Origin: the human T2T-CHM13v2.0 reference genome, Homo sapiens
NCBI RefSeq assembly: GCF_009914755.1
Contig: NC_060941.1
Strand: one strand, 5' to 3'
Length of the DNA stretch: 64,000 bases
This document shows positions 27,137 through 42,232 of this stretch, in pieces. The position numbers and the translations under genes were made by a program. The notes under the pieces were generated by a model. The model was not told the origin of the DNA, ran no database searches, and saw only the letters and a list, made by a program, of their open reading frames with translations. Positions within the stretch are counted from its first letter, which is position 1; each line of letters starts with the position of its first letter.

Positions 27137-28056
27137 TTAAAAAACAGAATATATTAGGAAAATACTGTTGTATCAGTAAAAAAGAATATTTTGGATAGGT
27201 TCAACCTGTCAATTTATTTCATGGAGACTGAATTTATATAATGCATACAACTATATATATGTTCATTAGCATTTAAAAACTGAAATTCATCTAAACAGTG
27301 AAAATTAAAAGCATATTTTACTATACAATTATACAATATGCATTTTAACATTTTTTGGAAATGATTGATTTCAAATTAAGTCACAAGTTATATAGTTATT
27401 TTACAGGTGAGGCAACATTTTGCTGTACGTTTCTGAATTAAAGTTTACATTTCTTATAGTATTTTTATAGGGCTCAAATTTGAACACGTGTTCTCATAAG
27501 TTATTGCATAGACAGGTAGCTGGTAACAGTAGAAAAGAGACACATTAAGGGATGCAGGTAAAGTCACATAAAAGTCCGGGCAAGAAACCAGCCCTTCAGA
27601 TGCCTAGGTCAGCACATTTTCTATTTTTAACCTGCTGCATTCTAACCTGCAAATAGAACTTTCTTCACTAATATTGTCTGTGCTTTATCAAGTGGAAAAT
27701 ATTTTTAAGATCCCTTAAATGACCAAGAGCTATTTAGAAATACAGCCAGCAGATTACCTTTAAAATGATTCAAAAATTGTTCTGAGAGCCAATAAGGCAT
27801 ATTTGGTATTATCGGAAGTGCATGTGTGTTTTTCAACTCTTGTTCTACTATTATTATTAGACCTAGTAATTGGAAATGAAATCATTAGCCCATCTTGTGG
27901 TTCGGTGAAAATATTTCCTCTGCAACTTGTAAAGATGAAGAAGAGGCTTAAATTCACCCAAACTCCAAAGAATAGGTTAGCTGTGGAAGGAATTCTATAC
28001 ACAAGACTAAAGTGTGGCACCTTTGTTCACAATGACACTAGTAAACTACAAGATGA

Positions 28057-28406
<350 letters not shown>

Positions 28407-28536
28407 GATAAACTTTAATTTGGTTAAAAACTTTAGAACAATTAATACCCAGGTTTGGAGCACACTACAAAGGTCTAATGTCAAGAAAAAAAAATTATCT
28501 TGCCTGCAAAAGAGGACAGTACTCTAGGTAGAGAAT

Positions 28537-28608
<72 letters not shown>

Positions 28609-28640
28609 AAAGAAAGAAAGAAAGAAAAGAAAGAAAGAGA
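28537..28640. repeat. (AAAG)n tetranucleotide microsatellite, ~18 perfect units plus an interrupted tail
   Basis: Direct reading. Confidence 0.95.
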
Positions 28641-29899
28641 AAATACAAAGAAAAAAAAGCAATCAGTGTATGTGCTTATCTGAAAGGGGAGAAAACTTCA
28701 AAAGGAGAATTAAAACATGTTATGAGTTCACATGAACTGGAAAGCATTATGGCTACATTTGTTTTTTTGTGAGTAATGATACCGGTAAAGATTCATAACT
28801 GATGTTGAAATTTCTAGTTTTATTTTAAAAGAACTAGCCACATCATCTAATTAAAAATAGATCTTAAAGAAAGTGAGTTAAAAACTCCATAACAATCTGC
28901 TCCTAGGTTAAGTTAAAACTAAAAAAGGAAAAAGAAGTTTCATAGCACATTGATCTATTTTGGAAAATTGCAAATGAAATATCTACTACACGTAAAATAG
29001 CTATGTAGAAGCATTTATTATATAAATTAAATGATTTTAAAGGTAATAGAAGTACTATATATTTTTTCTAGACTCAAATAGAATTATAAAAGTAGAAACA
29101 TTCCAGTTGAGACTGACTGAATGACACTGAAACAAAAATACCTTCAAATTGCACTTTTAATAACCTTATCCTGAAAAATGCAGAAAATCAGTATTAAAAA
29201 GCCAATACAGGTGCATTATCCATAACTCACTCTGGTGCAACATCAGGGCTCACAAACAGAAGGACTACGTGTCAGGAAGATGTTATTTGCAGCATCTAGA
29301 AACACCTAAAGTTATTTTCTTGACAGAGTTTCCAGGAGTGACAGGTAACCTATTTGGCCTTCGAAGAAGAATAAAATTCAGGCTGAATTCTTCTTCACTA
29401 GAAAACTACTTTTATAAAGAATGTCATTCAAGTAATTGGAGAGAAGGTTTTCAACACCCTCTCCACTTACTGTACTTCCCCTTTCCAGGGAAGCAGAGTT
29501 TTGACCTAGGTTTTTTGCCAGTTCTGTATTAGCTGCTCAACCCAAACACGATACACACTAAGGTTGCAACCACCCACCCACATTTTATGAGTGTCATTCA
29601 GAACACACTAATTACTGTGCTAACAATGGTAGGACATTACTAAAGTATTCTAAAGTTTTGGTTGCTTAAATATAAGAAATTCTACAACACTGGGACACAA
29701 ACAGTTGAATTTTTAACAATGAGATGAAAGAAAGGAGAGTGCTGCCCTCTGTGAAGTGGATTCCAGTGGCTGCCTCGGTCAGAATCATCATGGTGATGAT
29801 GACTTCTTATCATGACTTCTAACGGCATTTCCCTCCCATCATGTGCACGTTTTGGTGCACTGTGTTCACTCTGTGCAACTACTACTTTAAATACATGCA

Positions 29900-30209
<310 letters not shown>

Positions 30210-32206
30210 TAAATACATGCAGAGAGAGGAAATCACTCTAATGCCATTAATGCATTGGTGTTGAATATCTCCAGGACAGCAACATAGTATCCTCGCTAGA
30301 CAACTCGACCTCAAAGGACAACTTTACTGACCAGGTGGGCCTCCCCAAGATATCTTCAGTGTCAGATGACCTTGCATTATGTTTATAGTGTCAGTAGAGA
30401 GTGGAGTTACCTTGCTCTTAATCCCTGCACCTGTCAAAGCATCTTGGATGACTTTTACATCAACGAAGCAACCCCATGGGACTATGCAACAATCAATTTA
30501 CTATAATAATTTGTACTTTTGTACATCACCTTCTTATTTGCTGCTTTTTTTCTCTATTCATAAAATGAATTCACCTGATATAAAAATAAATTGTGTGGGC
30601 AAAGCCAAAGTAAATAACTAGAAAAAATGCACTAACTAAATTCATGGTAATATTATTTGCCTCTGGTTAAAAATATAAAATACATAATTGTTAATTTTAA
30701 GTTATTTATCCCTTTTCAACATTTAAAATTACCTTTTAATTATATTAACATTTTTGGGTTTCTTTTAGCTGAGGCTTTTATAAGATTTAACATAAAAAGG
30801 CTATTCTTAAATAAATTCAAGTGTATATTCAAAAGGTATAAATAGCTCTATAATAAAAACTGGCCAATAGACATTAGAATCATAATACATGATTATTACA
30901 TACATACATGAGAACAATAATATAAAAATAAAGGTTTTAAGTTAATTTACAGAGGGATTTAGACTACCAGTTTTAAGAATTCATCTTACTAAATATAATG
31001 TTAAATTCTTGTCATTATATTCTTGCATCTGGTAAAACTAGACAGTTATGAAATTTAAGAAAACTTATTCATCTTAGATATTCAACCATTTAGCTACAGA
31101 CACAATGATCCTAATTATAACAGTGTTTAAAATAAACCAAGGAACAAAAACTACCTAGATCAAAACCATGGACACCAATAGATTTTCAAGACCCACAGAG
31201 AAATGCAGTAAGCAAGTTTAGAGATGAACAACTAAAAAAGTAAATGTGGTTTCATTAGCTTAACATTTTAAAATAGCTTTGTGAATTAATTTTTTCACTG
31301 AAAACTAATAAACATCAAATGTATTTTGAACTTGACATTTTTGATAACAAAATCTTCTACCCAATTTAGCTCACAGCTCTTCTAAAAACATTCCGCAATT
31401 AAAAAGCTTTGTCCATGTAACTTCTACTAGTCCATATTCAATGGGTTTCCAATGCCTGTTAAAACGACTGGTAGCCTACTAGTTGCATGTTGTACTTACC
31501 GAGAGTACAGAACAAGGTCACCTGATAGTAGATGAGGTATATAATTTACGAGATTGTTTTCCTTTTTGTTAACCTAAAAGGTCCAGAAACTCCTTTCATC
31601 CTCTCTGTCCCATGCAACTTCAGGCACCAGCTTGCACTCTCCCTCCCACTCATTGGATCATTCCCTGGGAAAGAAGGACATACCCACACTCAAGCCAAAA
31701 TGAATCTTGCCTCCAAGATGGGCTGGCAGCTAGGAACTCTGGTCATGGTCCCATCGGGCTCACCTGCCTGACTAAACCTTTTTGTTACCCTCCATCTCTG
31801 ATCTGGATTTCTTACCTTACACTTGTCACTAAACTGAGGTTACCACCAGTTTCTCAAATTGTTTTGTGATTACATTCTTGACTTTCGGTAATTATGTTCT
31901 TTTATCTCTTGCTTTAACTACCTGGACTCTTGAAGTTCATTCCTTGACCTCTTGATCTGACTTCATTAACCTCAAGCTGACTTACTTGAGTTTCTGACCC
32001 ATCATCTGACTCTCCTAATAATTTAATGGTCCCTATTAATGCTTACCTTAGCTATCCAGCTTCTATTCTCCTCCCTTTGCCACCCCCTGCAGTACTGAGA
32101 TTACTAGATTTATTCTAGTAAATAAATATCCATTTATCCCCCAGCACACCTAAGTAAGTTCTAGCAGGAAAATAACTACCTGCAAAATGTTGAAAGAGAA
32201 ATGCAT

Positions 32207-32220
32207 GTTGCCATGGATAC
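32207..32220. promoter_or_regulatory. RFX X-box motif GTTGCCATGGATAC
   Basis: Matches the X-box consensus GTNDCCATGGNAAC on the reverse strand (GTATCCATGGCAAC); function untested. Confidence 0.5.
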
Positions 32221-32639
32221 AGACTATATTTATGACCTAACCTTTATTCCATGTAGTTCCAAAGCAAAGAACTAGCCAATAAGGAGGCAGGAACTTAACT
32301 AAGAATGTGATCCAAGAAATCAGAAACTACATATTACTTTTATTAGAAGAAAATTATATAAAGTGTTTTTGTTTGGTTTTTGTTCTTTGTCCAGTAAAAG
32401 ATGCCTTGAATATGGGTATATAGCATATACCAATTTCATGTCATAAGGAAAGAATTTTTCCCAGTCCTGTGTGATTACAATTGAGTGTATATAATAAAGT
32501 AGATGCTGTTGATTAAAATGCTCTGCTTAATACAAACCACATCAGTTAAATAATACTCTGCATTTCAATTCTACATTTCAGAAAACCATTATATGTATGC
32601 ATATGTGTACAGATATTTTATTTGCTTAAAATTTTACAG

Positions 32640-32830
32640 GTAGCTTCACAGAGTTATTTGAAATCTTTATAAATATGTAGGTATTGTCATTTCCATTGAA
32701 AATGATAAAAATGGGTGCTCAAAAAGATGGGATTAAGGTATCTGCTTTAGTTCACAAATCTTGCAAGTAGGAATCAGAGTTGACACCCATACCTTCTGAT
32801 TTCACTTTTTTGTACTTTTAGACAGCACTG
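32640..32830 (-). mobile_element. MIR fragment
   Basis: gtaggtattgtcatttccatt...gctcaaaaagatg...gttcacaaatcttgcaagt...ccttctgatttc. Confidence 0.55.
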
Positions 32831-33929
32831 TCTTTTAGTTAACAAAAGCTTATTGCTCTAGATATCATAGAAATTATTTACAGAGGCTTAGATTCCAGTG
32901 ACGAGGGCACTTTCTTAAATTTTTAACAAAATCTTTAACGACCATTATTAATTTTGTTTTACTTTATCAACAATTGCCAGCTGGACCAATAACACTGATT
33001 CAGCTAACATGTCAATACAAAAGAAATCCAAAGTAACATTAGTGGGAAAAAGCACATGTTGGTTTCATCCAGATGAAGGTACTTCCCATGTATTGGCAAA
33101 TTTTCTCTCTGAAATAATGTCATTTTATTAAAGCCTGTAATTTTGCTTCTCTCTTAAAATTTTATTGCATCATAAAATTACATTTCAACAGGATGTTCAA
33201 GATTTATTATGAAAATTTTGACTCAATCTGTCTTTGATTGATTGCCACTAATATTTTGGTTTTCCATGCAGTTTCTATTTCTTACAGCATGCTTCCTAAT
33301 CCTTCTATTAGATTTGATATCTTCAACTTACTACCCACATTGTAGACAACTATATTACAAGGATTATCTAATGTATTCTCTATATTGACAAAACTATGCC
33401 TGTAAATTATTCTTTACATCGTAATCAAAAATGTGTCAATCTTTGTTAAAGTATCTATGGTTTCCCTATGCTACCTTAACTGTTCATGACAGTAATTACC
33501 TAAATGATACTTATCCTTGTCTTCTTAACCCTAAAATGTATATACCTTTGTTCCACTGACAGTAGATATATCTTACTGACCATTCTCATAAGAACATAGT
33601 AAATGATGGTATCAAAAAATGTTTTACAGAAGGCAAGATAGCTGTATTCCAAAACATCAGATAGAGACCTAAAATGTCTTTTAAATATCTCCAAATTTCT
33701 CTGAAAAAAAATTGATGATGAATTATTTAGTCAGAAATTTGTCCAAACCACAGAATATAATTCTTTGGAACATATCAGGAAAGTTGACACAAATAGAAAA
33801 AGAACAGTTAGACCAATGCATTGCCAAAAGTTTTCTTTACAAACTTTTTCCACTGAATGTTTGTTTTAATTTAAAAATACACATAATCAAACCAAGTAGT
33901 ATAGAAATGCCCTTAATAAAATCATTACA

Positions 33930-35620
33930 TTATGACTTATGACTACCCATCTGCAAGTCACTCCCCAGAGGCAGACACATTTTATTCTTTCAGTTATCTG
34001 TTTTCAACTCTGATGATCGTGACCTTAATACCTTTACGTACTTCATAAATTAATTTATTCACAATCCATTGATTTTCTGCTATAAAAAATATTTAGTTTA
34101 CTTACACCATTTACTCTTTTTCACTTCAAAATACAGTTGTGTCACAATTTTTAATTCTCTTATTGGTTATTTCTATAACTTTCAATAGAATAACTAAACT
34201 TTCATTTTTCCAGAAATTATGTAGCATCTTTTAATTCCTCACTTCACGCAATGAGAATATTAGTACTGCCTAAACTTCATTTGGCCTATTCATTCTCACA
34301 ACCCCTATTATCTAAATTTTCACTTCTGTTACCTGCACTTTGGTTAAAGTTGGAAACATTTATGTTGTGTCTGTAACCATGAGTATATTTTCTATGTTTC
34401 ATGTATAAACTGATTTCAAAATGTGAAATTTAATACGTAGAGTCTAATCATTATTCAAAACACAACCAGATAATATGTTACATAACTACACCTTGTTTCT
34501 GGCAGTTTTTTGTTTCTCCTGAGGCTTCTAATTTTCTTCTTTCTCCCTTGCATTTTCTGCTTTTACTGCCTCCTAACATTGTTGAGAATTCTCATGAATA
34601 GTATCTAGAGTCTTCTTCCTCACACTCCACTTCTGTTCCAATCTGGACTGGATGTTCTTTCCAGACTCACTGCACAGCTATACTGTGCAACTTTTCTCTT
34701 CTCTTCTCCTGGACAAGATCCACTGTTCAACGAATCTTCTGTATTTCTCTTTCATATTTATTCCTCCATTTTATTTAAGAACATCCATACAACCTCCAAA
34801 GAAATGCAGAAAATAAACTTTCCAAATCCTTGCATGCTTGTAACGTCTTATCCAACCTGAGATTTCTATACAATATTGAATATTGGCTTATGTATAGAAG
34901 TCTGACTTGTAATTTTTCCTTTTCATAGTTCTAATAAAGGCATTTTTCTCTTTTACCATTTATTATTTGAAATCTGATGCCAATCTATCTTGTTCCTACA
35001 TAGAGGACCTGATTTTCCTCTGGGAGTTTTTGGGATCTCTCTTTTATTCCTTCTGTTCTGAAATGTAGCAATGATATGTGGAGACATGGACCTTTTCTTT
35101 TGTGATGCTGGTACTTATTAACCTTTTCAACCTATAGACCTATACCCTTCGGCCCTGTAACTTCATTGACTTCACTATCATTATTATGTAGCTAATTCCT
35201 CCACTACATTTTCTGTTTCTTGAACATCTTGGATTAATCATCAATGTCTTAGATTTTTGAAATATATTTTTACACTCTATTTTTGTCTCTGCTTGTTGTT
35301 CTGTTTTGTGAAAAATATTCTTGATATCAATTTTGGCTGGCCTTTAAAAAAATTTAATTTCTAAGAGCCCCTTCTTATTTTGATTGTTACATTTTCAGAG
35401 CAGCCTGTTCTTCTTTTATGAATATTATATCATTTTCGATATTTCAGTTTTGCTTTCCTTAAATCTTCTTTTTTGTATCCTGAGGTTCTTGTTTTTTCTC
35501 TGTGATCATCTGTTTGTTTAGTCTTTCTCATGCCTCTCAGGCCAGCCTTAAACTTCAGATAATCTGCGATTATCTGTTCCTATTCAAGGCAGTAAAATGC
35601 AGATGAGAAGCTCTGCACGT
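33930..35620 (-). mobile_element. HAL1/old L1 remnant
   Basis: cttctgttccaatctggactggatgttc and T-rich ORF1-antisense text (gttctgaaatgtagcaatgatatg). Confidence 0.5.
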
Positions 35621-35679
35621 GTGTGTGGCTAGAGTCGGCTTGGTAAGGGGTTTACTGCCTGATTGCGGCCCAGCCCTCT

Positions 35680-36149
35680 GTCTGATTGCAGTCCAGCTGC
35701 AATTCAAATCTAATCCAGTTTTCCCACCTTGGGCTTTCTCCAAACCCAGGGAAGCCTGCTAAGCCCAAGTGCAGGTGTGACCAGGAAGTACAGGAAGAGG
35801 CAGGAAGTGCAGGGCCATGCAGGAAGAACAAGTGTGGCCAGGAAATGCAGGGGCAGATGCCCTTTGGGAGCACCCTCAAACACAAAGAGCTGGAAGTCCA
35901 GGGTTAAGTGCTGTAGACTCCCTTTCTTTGGTGGGACAACTCTGTGTACATTCTAAAAGATTACCCAGGGGTCCTCAGTGGAATGGAGTCTCCCTTACTC
36001 TTAAAGTAGTAGCTTGCTCAAGGAGGCACCCTTTATTTGTTGTTCTCCCTTTTCTGTCTCACTCTCCTCATTCCCTCACTTCAGACTCCTACAATTTGCC
36101 ATAAATGGTCTCAGGGACTCTATTTCTAGAATAACCCAAAACTAAGACA
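35680..36149 (+). mobile_element. LTR16-like (ERVL) LTR
   Basis: 3' end cttttctgtctcactctcctcattccctcac...gtctcaggg...aacccaaaactaagaca. Confidence 0.6.
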
Positions 36150-36187
36150 ATACCATGCAAACTGAAGCTCTTAATAAGGTTCTTTGT

Positions 36188-36250
36188 AACACTATGTAAC
36201 ACTATGTAAAAACCCTATGTAAGAACACTATGTAAAAAAACACTATGTAA
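36188..36250. repeat. Five copies of AACACTATGT with variable A-rich spacers
   Basis: Units at 36188, 36198, 36211 (one mismatch), 36224 and 36239. Confidence 0.9.
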
Positions 36251-36374
36251 AACTGCAAAGGAAAATGGTAGGCTGATTTCTATGAATATATCTAGTTATC
36301 CTTCATTCCAGTCGATTTCTATGGCCATTAGTTTAAAAATTAGTAGGCATGAAATTATGTGATGTGATATGAGA

Positions 36375-36918
36375 TGTACACATATACACAATGGAATATT
36401 ATTCACCCTTAAATTTCTTCATATTTGTGACAAAAATGGATGAACCTGAAGGATATTACGCCAAGTGAAAAAAGCCAGACACAGACAGACAAATACTATA
36501 TGATGCCACTTATATGTGGACTCTAAAATAGTAAAACTGATAGAAACAGAGAACAGAATAGGCAACTCCTCATTCCAGGGAGCATTGGGAAGTGTTGGTC
36601 AAATGATACTGTTTCAATTACACAAGATGAATAAGTTCTGGAGATCTAATATATACCAATGTGACTATAATTAACAATACTGTTTTGTATACTTGAAATT
36701 TGTTATGAGGGTAGATCTTACCTGTTCTCATTGCAAAAAAAGAAGGAAGGAAGGAAGGGAGGGAGGGAAGAAGGGAAACTGTGAGATGTCGGATGTGTCA
36801 ATTAGCTTGATTGTGGTGATTATTCCACAATGTATATGTATGCTAAAACATCAAATTATGCATCTTAAACATATAAAGCTATTTGTCAATTATACCCCCA
36901 ATGAAGCTGAAAAAATGA
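36375..36918 (+). mobile_element. L1MA9/L1MB-type 3' end
   Basis: atggatgaacctgaaggatattacgccaagtgaaa...gatgaataagttctggagatcta...tgtcaattatacc. Confidence 0.8.
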
Positions 36919-37605
36919 TGAAGCAAATATACACATTTTTTAAAAGTCTGCTTTTAGTGACCTTTAACCAATTTAGTGAACTGCTAAGCGACCTTGAGTA
37001 AAACAAAATGATATATGTACAAAACAAAGCCAACCATAAAGACAAAAAATGGGACAGGCGTGTTTGGGGGACACTCATCAGTTAAGAACAGCTTTCCACC
37101 ACTTTTGGAGGAGAGAAAATAGGACAATATCGAGGTGTTGAGGAATGGAACATGCTGTGAAAGCCGGAACTAGTGGGGAGGCTTCAGCAGATCTAGGAGC
37201 CCATTTAGCTATCACACATTCTCAAGAGGCTCTGGGCTCTGGTACTATAAAGATGGAGAAAACAGTGAGAAGTGAAAATAAGGACGAGCCCCCAAAAGCC
37301 TGCATACAGAGGGGTTGGACCCACCCCAACCTACAGATTGTAGGCAGTCCAGGTGAAAAACAGAAGGCTCTTCCCTAAAAAAAAAAAAAATGGAATGAAC
37401 AATCTGGGAAAACCCACAGCTTCTAGTACGGCTTCTACAACCCCAGAATAAAGCCTCTCTTCATTCCAGCCCTTAAGGGGCCTGAATTCTAACACATCTA
37501 TTCCCCCAAAACCAGAACTCACTCTAAATTCCCACTCAGGGAGAGATATATTGGGAGGAGGGACAGAAAAGAAACTCCATTTACACAACAAATCACTATC
37601 CCATC

Positions 37606-38068
37606 TGCGTAAACTGAATAATGCATCCCTTTCCCAAAATGTTACCTTATATGTGAAAAGGGACTCAGCAAATATGATTAAATCAATGATTTTGAGATGG
37701 GAAATTCCCCTGAATTATGTTGTAGGCCCAAGGTAATCGTAATCATGAGGGTCCATATCACAGCGAGGCCAGGAATGACAGGGTCAGAAAGAAGGCATTG
37801 TGACAATGACAGCACCAAGAGGACAGGTGACATGACATAGGGCTGCAAGCAGGAATGCTGTGGGCCTGTAGAGGCTGGAAAGTCAAGGAAACATACTTTT
37901 TTCCCCTGGAACCTCCAGAAGGAGCCAAGGCTTCCAACAACTTCATTTTAGTTTTGTAAGACTAATTTCAGATTTCTCACCTTCAGACCTGTAAATTAAC
38001 AAATTTCTGTTCTTTCCAGGTACAAAGCTTGTGGTAATTTGTTACAATAGCAATAGGAAACTAATACC
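37606..38068 (+). mobile_element. MLT1 (MLT1D-like) solo LTR
   Basis: atgttaccttatatgtgaaaagggact...ttttgagatggga...gtggtaatttgttacaatagcaataggaaactaatac. Confidence 0.82.
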
Positions 38069-39477
38069 ATTTCCCTTTCGTAAATGTGACTCAAAAGCAA
38101 GAATCATCGAGCAGATAAGAAAAGCCAAGACAAATAACTATGAAAGATAAACAGAAAAACCAACCCTGAAGGAAAGAGATATTTCAGAGAATAGAACTTA
38201 AAAAGCAGTCTAATTCATAAACTTGGAAAGAGGAAAATTTATTATATTTATTAAATGAAAACAAGATGCTCTGAAAAAGAAATAGGAAAAGTACAAACAG
38301 ATCTTTTCAAGTTTAAAAATATGATTCCAGCACATAAGGGAAAGCAAATCTAAAAAAACATTGAGTGAAAAGACAAAATGAAAAAAAAAATTTGCAAAAA
38401 AAAAAAAAAAGTCATGCAGGCAAATCCAGGAGGTTCAATATACAACTGACAGAAGCCCAGAAAAGACAATAAACAACAACAAAGCTAGGATAGAAAAATT
38501 ATCAAAGAAATCATCCAGGGGAATTTTCCAGACATGGAAAGGAACCTGTACCAAGTCACATCAATAATGAAACTTTAGAAGCCCACATATTTTGTTAGAT
38601 TTATTTCTGGGAACCTTGTGGTTTTGTGCTATTGTAAACGGTATTTTTTAAAAAATATGTTGTATATTGTTACTCATGTATAAAAATACAGTTGATTTTG
38701 TATACAGAATTGATTTTATATCTAGTTATTTTGCCTAATTGTTAATAGATTTAGGAACTGTCAAACTATTATTTAGATGACCTATAATAACAATAGTTCT
38801 GTTTCTTGATTTCCAATCTTACCTTATTTTTTCTCATCTTACTATGGAGACAGGGACTTCTTTAAAATATGAGATAAAGTCATGATAATGGATATCATCA
38901 CGATTTCTGTTACTATGAGCAAATACTATTTTCAAGAACATATGTATTAAAAACAGGTTAAAAACCAACAAACATCAAATTTAAAAAATGGGGGGGGCTA
39001 TCTTATGGAGGCAGACAATGTGCTGAAGGCAGTTTCCATTAATTCAACTGACTGTGCAAGCTATGACTTCTTTCTTGTAAAATGTGATGACTATTTACTA
39101 TCAAAGACCTTTCTAAGTTAGGCTCATGGTCTCTTCTAAAGAAGGTAGCATTGTCTGCTTTCTGAGTTCCTTGTCTGCTAAGTTCCTTGATTTAGAGTTA
39201 GAACATAACTGACAGAGGCAATGAACCACCTTGTAATTGTGAGGTGTGAAGACGTGCTCTGAGGCTGGGGCTAGCTCACACCTCTGACCAGAGTATGGAC
39301 ACATGTGGCCAGTGCTCAACATCAGTTAAACGTCTGAATGTTTTTTATTCAAGCAATAAAATCTTTTGATTGTTCAACCTCGGGTCTTTACCTAATAAAG
39401 GAGCAACACTTATTAATTCCAAAATGAACTCAATTTCAAATGAGAAAGCCTATAATTATGATAAAAACACAAAAATG

Positions 39478-39790
39478 GGCCAGGTGTGGTGGCTCATACC
39501 TGTAATCCCAGCACTTTGGGAGGTCAAGGAGGGCAGATCACAAGGTCAGGAGATCCAGACCATCCTGGCTGACGCAGTGAAACCCTGTCTCTACTAAAAT
39601 ACAAAAAGTTAGCCAGGCATGCTGGCATGCGCTTGTAGTCCCAGCTACTCGGGAGGCTGAGGCAGGAGAATCACACTTGAACCTGGGAGGCGGAGTTTGC
39701 AGTGAGCCGAGATAGCGCCACTGCACTCCAACCTGGGCGACAGAGAGAGACTCTGTCTCAAACAAATAAACAAACACCCAAACAAACCCC
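39478..39790 (+). mobile_element. AluSc/Sc8-like, TSD CACAAAAATG
   Basis: Full dimer with a C-interrupted tail. Confidence 0.9.
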
Positions 39791-39945
39791 CACAAAAATG
39801 GAATGGAAAGTCAAACGCTCTCTGGAACATGGAGGAATGCTACTTTTTTTTTATAGCTGATGAATTTTTCCTTTTTCATCATTTTTATGAGAACAGGCAC
39901 AGCCAAGTTTTACACATTAACTTCAGAGGCAAAGCAGAAAACAGG

Positions 39946-39966
39946 TGTGTGTGTGTGTGTGTGTGT
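39946..39966. repeat. (GT)10 microsatellite
   Basis: Direct reading. Confidence 0.9.
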
Positions 39967-41807
39967 ATGCACATACACATACATTCATGTTGCATGTTTT
40001 CCCCTTGGCCATCAGACATAGCTTCAAACAACCATCTTATTATTTTATCCCTTAAAAGTTAATTTATTGCCTTGGAAAGAGCTAAAGAGGTTTCTGAAGA
40101 TGATCTCAGACAATCTTTTGTGAATTAACTATCCTCAATTATAACATCATACCCACTGGACATGGATAAAAAGAACAAGTGATGGCTCTGTGGTACAGCA
40201 GTGCCCCATGACACAAATACCACATTCATCCTCATAATGACAACATGCCAATGGTATAAGAGAAATATCTCTAAATACTGAATTTAGTTTATGTACCAGA
40301 GAAGTACCTAAAAAGTCAAACCACATCAATCTCAAGAATCACTACAAGGAGACCACAAAATTAAAAGCATTCTCTATTCTGAACTGCATTTTGAGGATTT
40401 CAACATAAACTTTGGAGGAGAAATTAAAACTGTGTAGGAATACTACTGTTCCCTCACTGCGGAATCAGTAGCACAATTCACTCCTTGGTTGATTGTGGTA
40501 GCTTTTAGCAAAGAAGGAAATATGGGACTTTTGACTGTGTTCCTGCTTTTCATGGACATGGTAGCCTCCACAGGGAGAAATTATATGGAAGTAAAATAAT
40601 TTTGTACTTACTGAAAAACATTAAAGGAGTAATAAAGGGGGAAAATTATACTCGTTTTGACTGAAACTAAAGTCCACAAGAGCAGTGCCCACAGGGCATG
40701 CACTACTGAAAAACAGAACCTCCCTTCTGCCTGCTGCCTGCTCCCAGAATGGCCTACATCTCCTTCTTCACGGTTGATCTCAACTGATTACGTCTCTAAT
40801 ACTGTACTGAGCACATAATTTTATATGTATGCTTCTTTGCCTTTTGCCCCTTAGGATTAAGTGGGTCTTATTCATTTTGGCATCTTCAACAGCTAGCAAT
40901 GTGCCTAAAACTAAGAAGGCCCGTAGTACATGTTGGGCAAATATTCTTTCATTTTAATCATATTGCCAGAATGGTTCTCGGAAATCATTATTATTTGGAG
41001 ATTTAATGACCATCTCTGCATATTTTAGAAATCTGAGGGTTAAAAAATATGATATGGAAACAAGCAAAGCCCAGATCTAAAGCAATCTCTGCAGCATAGT
41101 TCAATGTATTGATTTGTGTTCCCTCGTTCACTGATTAAGCATCGGCACTTGGGCCAGGTGCTCTAGTAGGTTATTGGGATTCAAAACAGACAACATATAG
41201 TCCCTCCTCTGGAAGACACAAACATGCACAGGATAATGACATTACAGTAAGTATAGGCTTATGTTATACATATGTCTTTGTCACTGTATGTTAAAAATTT
41301 TGTGAGAGCTCAAAGAGATGAGAATGATAAATACACTGGCAAAGCCACCATCCACTGAAGAGGAAACAAACAAAACCAAAACACTAAAACAAGTTGGTGG
41401 CTTCTCTGAGAGCACAGCAAGCCGTGAGCCTCCTTCCCTGTGACCCTACTCAACTCTTAGTTTGACTCCTCAAGGGGCCCTTCCTTGGCTTTTCTGTGGC
41501 TCTAATTCATCAGTGAATCTGCCTTCATTAATACAGCCACATGCATATGTTTGCTGAGGTCACAGTCTGTACTAGGAACCTTTTAGGCATAGGGTATACA
41601 GAAGTGAGGAAAATTAGTAAGGTCTCTTTTGTTTCAGTCTCTGGGTGGAACAAACAAATAGAATAATAAATCTGCAATTTAAATGGAAAAAAGTGTTATG
41701 AAGTTCACAAACAAGGTGCTCTGATAGAACACAGCAAAAGAAGATGCTGGGAAGGTAACAATTAGGTCAGATCATACAAGGTATTGCAGCTCATGCTAAG
41801 AAGTTTA

Positions 41808-42232
<425 letters not shown>

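Noticed and set aside
36188-36250. Repeat-spacer pattern superficially like a CRISPR array
   Set aside because: 10-bp units with 0-5-nt A-rich spacers in primate DNA; no cas genes; a simple slippage repeat.
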